Shown: positions 34,105-37,117 of the stretch, piece by piece | How the letters are laid out: each line of letters opens with the position of its first letter | How positions within the stretch are numbered: the stretch's first letter is position 1 | From: a virus | Virus record (IMG/VR): IMGVR_UViG_3300019477_000150 | Length of the DNA: 37,117 nt | Direction: 5' to 3' (one strand) | Translations under genes and position numbers: made by a program | The notes under the pieces: model-generated | What the model was told of the DNA's origin: nothing | The model's input: the letters and a program-made list of their open reading frames with translations, nothing else | The model's database searches: none

Positions 34105-35665
34105 AAGAATAAGCTATCTCGAGGAGCTAGTGCAAACAGCATACAATGGCTATGCGGAGTACAAGCTTTTTTTTGACAAACTAAATGATGCGTATTTGCT
34201 CTTGCTGGAAAGCGAGCAGTATCACAGCCTAAAAGAGCGAAACAAAAGCAAAAACTACATACCAAAACTAAACTCAAAAGCTAAAAGGATATATGACGGC
34301 TTAACCGAAACATACTTTAACAATGACACATTTGCCAAGCTAGAGCCGTATATAAACTCAACGCATGATGTGATCGACAAGTGGCAAGAGGCACTAAATT
34401 TCTATTGTGACAAGATCAATCTATACAAAGTTTTTGCACCGATTTTTTTAAAATCTGCCTTTTCGGCAAGCTCGGTGGTAAAAGTATTTTGGGCTAAAGA
34501 CGAGGCAAAGATAGAGGAAGTAGATATAAATGACATCTATTTTGACCCTGATGCAAAAAACACGGACGACATCCGCTATATCGTGCATAGAATTTACCTC
34601 ACTACAAACGACATAAAGAAGTTAATCAAGAATAAAACTTTTAAACAAATCGACCTAAGTGAGAATAGACCTTATGAGAGAATTTGCCTAAATGAAATTT
34701 ATGAGCTAGACGATGATAAATGGAGCGTTAGCACGCTTTACAATAGCGAGTTGCTAAGAGATAAAATAGAGTTAAAAGACGGACAGCCTTTTGTTTTTGG
34801 ATATATGCTACCACAAACAAGAAGAAATATAGACCAAACTTTTGTCTGCGCTTATGGGGAGCCTGCGCTTGCTTCACTTTTGCCGTTGCAAGACGAGTTA
34901 AACGCTATCAGAAACTCAATCACAGACGTGACAAGAAACCAAGCAATGCCAAAAATCATCTTTAACCGTAGCGCTAGCATATCAAGAGCTGATTTAGAGC
35001 GCCCAAGCGGTGCAATTTTTACCGATAGCCCAGCTGACATAAAGATCGTGCCACCTGGCGACATCAACGCTTCAATGGCAACAATACAAGTGATCGAGCA
35101 AGAGATGAGCGAGGTAAGCGGTGTTAGCCCTCAACAAAATGGAGCGCCTACAACTAGGCAAGAAACAGCAACAATGGCGTCAATTATGGCAAATGAGGGA
35201 AGTGTCAGACTTCAAGGCTACATAAGAACTTACAATGAGACCTTTTTTGAGCCTATATTTGAACGCCTTGCATTTTTAGTTTGGAAATACGGCGATCCCT
35301 TATTTTTTGCAGGCTTTAACCGCGGTGAAGTGCCAAGTTTTAATATTAATCTAAACACTGGTATAGGAGCGCTAAACAAAGAGGTGCAAAAGAAAAGCCT
35401 AATGGATGCTAGCCAAGTAATAGCGGCGCAATTTGGCATGTGCTTGCAACTTCAAGACGGCGAGGGTGCAAATAGAATGAAAGAGGCAAACGAGAAAATC
35501 TTACTCGAGCTTCTACCCCTATATGGGATAAAAGACCCAGAGAATTTTATCGGAAAGGAGAGTGAGCTTGCTAAACAACTTAAGCCACAGGCTATTTTGC
35601 CAAGCGTGGCAGAGCCTATCGCAGAAGCAGGAGCTTTACCAGCTGACGCAATGCCGAGCGTTTAG
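34091..35665 (+). CDS. Portal protein candidate, 524 aa.
   Basis: Size and position immediately after terL and before scaffold; no specific motif could be verified. Confidence 0.45.
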   Translation: MTNDERISYLEELVQTAYNGYAEYKLFFDKLNDAYLLLLESEQYHSLKERNKSKNYIPKLNSKAKRIYDGLTETYFNNDTFAKLEPYINSTHDVIDKWQEALNFYCDKINLYKVFAPIFLKSAFSASSVVKVFWAKDEAKIEEVDINDIYFDPDAKNTDDIRYIVHRIYLTTNDIKKLIKNKTFKQIDLSENRPYERICLNEIYELDDDKWSVSTLYNSELLRDKIELKDGQPFVFGYMLPQTRRNIDQTFVCAYGEPALASLLPLQDELNAIRNSITDVTRNQAMPKIIFNRSASISRADLERPSGAIFTDSPADIKIVPPGDINASMATIQVIEQEMSEVSGVSPQQNGAPTTRQETATMASIMANEGSVRLQGYIRTYNETFFEPIFERLAFLVWKYGDPLFFAGFNRGEVPSFNINLNTGIGALNKEVQKKSLMDASQVIAAQFGMCLQLQDGEGANRMKEANEKILLELLPLYGIKDPENFIGKESELAKQLKPQAILPSVAEPIAEAGALPADAMPSV

Positions 35666-35822
35666 GGATTTTTTAGAATATCTATTAGGGCTTTATGCGG
35701 CAAGTGTTACCGCTAGCCAAAATGAGAAAAATAGCGATGAAATGAGGTTAAGGGCGATTGAGAACATTAAAACTCTCGAAAGCCTTTTAAGTTTTTTTGA
35801 AAATTACAAAGAGGAGTAATAA

Positions 35823-36476
35823 ATGACAGAGCAAGAAGCACTAAACGAGCTAACAGCCATAGTAAATGGGAACGAGCAGGCAGAGCCTGAAACAAACGAA
35901 GTGGTAGAACAGCCAGCAGAGGAAGCAAAGACTGAGCCAGTGGCAGTGTCAGAAGAGCCAAAGAAAGAGGAGCTAAATATAAATGCTATTAAGCAAGCAC
36001 TAACTGAGGCACTAGCAGCAAAAGAGCAATCAGCACAAGGGGCAAAACCACAACTTGAACCTGAAAAACAAGCTTTGCTTGATAGTCTAGGGCTTGGAAA
36101 TCTTGACGCGCTAAAAGCTCAAATGGATCAAATCACACAAACACAAGCAGCTCAAGCAGAGGAAGCTAGACGCCAAGCAGTCTTTGACAAAAATCTAGCA
36201 GAGTTTAAAAAGGACTATCCAACAATACGCCCTGATGATCTAGCAGAGTTTGCAAAAGCTCACGGCATGAGTGATCTACTAGGCGAAAACTACGTAGGCT
36301 GGAAAGCAGTAGCAATGGGAATGATCAATGTAGCAAAAAGCAAAGAGAAGCCAGACGAAATTTTAAGTGGTTCAAATGCAAGCAGTGAGCTATCAGCTTT
36401 TGATAGAGCCAAAAAAGGCGAGAACGTGAGCGATGTGGAATATGGCGCAGAGCTTTTGAAATTAGCAGGGTTATAA
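35823..36476 (+). CDS. Scaffolding protein candidate (acidic, Ala/Glu/Gln-rich helical), 217 aa.
   Basis: Strong SD GAGGAG; composition; position after the portal gene. Confidence 0.45.
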   Translation: MTEQEALNELTAIVNGNEQAEPETNEVVEQPAEEAKTEPVAVSEEPKKEELNINAIKQALTEALAAKEQSAQGAKPQLEPEKQALLDSLGLGNLDALKAQMDQITQTQAAQAEEARRQAVFDKNLAEFKKDYPTIRPDDLAEFAKAHGMSDLLGENYVGWKAVAMGMINVAKSKEKPDEILSGSNASSELSAFDRAKKGENVSDVEYGAELLKLAGL

Positions 36477-36486
36477 GGAGTAAAAA

Positions 36487-36813
36487 ATGGCAGGATTTTT
36501 TGACTGGGGTGGAAGCAATATAGCACAAGGGGCTGGCAAAAATGGCGGTGGCTTTTTAAGTTGGCTTGGTGGTGGTGACGCTGGAGGCACACCTAACTGG
36601 CTAACAGCTTTAGGAACTGGTGGCGCGTTATGGAGCGCTTATAACCAAAACAAAGTAGCAAAACAAGCGTTTAAACTAAATAAAGATGCTTACGACTTTA
36701 ACAAGATGCTTTCACAAAGACAGCTACAAAGAGAAAATCAAGCAAATCAAAATTTAGTCAATGCTTGGAACGCATCAAACTTTCATAAACAACAAGAGGA
36801 AGAGGCTTATTAA
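36487..36813 (+). CDS. Gly-rich small structural protein, 108 aa.
   Basis: ORF 10 nt after the scaffold gene. Confidence 0.4.
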   Translation: MAGFFDWGGSNIAQGAGKNGGGFLSWLGGGDAGGTPNWLTALGTGGALWSAYNQNKVAKQAFKLNKDAYDFNKMLSQRQLQRENQANQNLVNAWNASNFHKQQEEEAY

Positions 36814-36839
36814 TTTAAGCCTCACAAAAAGGAGCAAAA

Positions 36840-37117
36840 ATGCCATATTTTAACCCTAACAAGGTAGATTTTAACTATAACACCAACACAATAGACGCAG
36901 TAGGCGCAACTGGTAGAGCTTTATGGGATATTTATCAAGATAGCGTAAGAAACAACTTCACAAAACAAAGGCTAGCAGAGGAGAATAGATCAAATTTAGC
37001 AAACGAGCAAAATAATATAGATAGGCTAAACGAAAACATACGTCACAATATGTCAACCGAAACTGAAACAGCGAATAACAATGCCATAAATCAAGGGCTT
37101 AAGCGTGACGAGCTTGG
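36840..37117 (+). CDS. 5' part of the junction-spanning virion protein (continues at 1..1013).
   Basis: SD AAGGAG 8 nt before ATG 36840. Open to the window end and in frame with 60..1013. Confidence 0.6.
   Translation, partial: MPYFNPNKVDFNYNTNTIDAVGATGRALWDIYQDSVRNNFTKQRLAEENRSNLANEQNNIDRLNENIRHNMSTETETANNNAINQGLKRDEL
36991..37117. repeat. 127-nt terminal redundancy, identical to 1..127 (circular or circularly permuted sequence).
   Basis: Exact identity of the first and last 127 nt. Confidence 0.9.

Noticed and set aside
35562-35819. 85-aa + ORF overlapping the portal 3' end
   Set aside because: It overlaps the portal out of frame by 104 nt. Only a 25-aa remnant after the portal stop could be independent, and it is not convincing.

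Overview
The window is an AT-rich (Campylobacter-like codon usage), roughly 37 kb temperate phage genome that appears to be circular or circularly permuted. The last 127 nt (36991..37117) exactly repeat the first 127 nt, and one structural gene runs across that junction (36840 -> 1013), so the unique unit is about 36,990 bp. The layout is lambdoid. A rightward (+) late/structural block runs across the junction: terS, terL, portal, scaffold, then two helical virion proteins of about 387 and 1378 aa, a terminator hairpin, a strongly ribosome-bound major-capsid candidate, a gp6-like connector, and a tail-fibre gene with collar domain and Y-x-T-K-x-E-x-D-A-K-Y repeats. A lysis cassette follows (i-spanin, o-spanin, holin, GH108-like endolysin), then three structural genes, an attP-like AT-rich repeat region, and a tyrosine integrase. 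I saw no tape-measure, sheath or major-tail genes, so the virion is probably podovirus-like (inference). On the minus strand, a leftward early block carries an AlpA-like excisionase, YopX, many small ORFs, two paralogous HTH regulators, a RecT annealase, a DUF736-like protein ending in an SSB-type acidic ...SDEIPF tail, and a PD-(D/E)XK exonuclease. The immunity region is lambda-like: a cI/LexA-type S24 repressor (GDSM...K dyad) sits divergent from a Cro-like gene. Three copies of an AGTTCAATA-n-TATTGAACT-type palindrome lie in the cI/cro spacer, and the same palindrome recurs about 3.5 kb to the left in front of the early-left operon. Rightward of cro lie a replication-initiator gene with internal iterons, a DUF968-type HNH zinc protein, a DUF1064-type nuclease and the terminase. 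The most interesting item is a tightly overlapping four-gene, extra-AT-rich operon (27883..25535, minus strand) that starts 31 bp after the repressor stop codon. It encodes a GHKL/histidine-kinase-like ATPase, a small STAS-like (DUF4325-like) protein, a single-pass membrane protein, and a signal-peptide-bearing staphylococcal-type thermonuclease. It occupies the position that rexAB holds in lambda. I regard it as an uncharacterised, lysogen-expressed defence/exclusion candidate.
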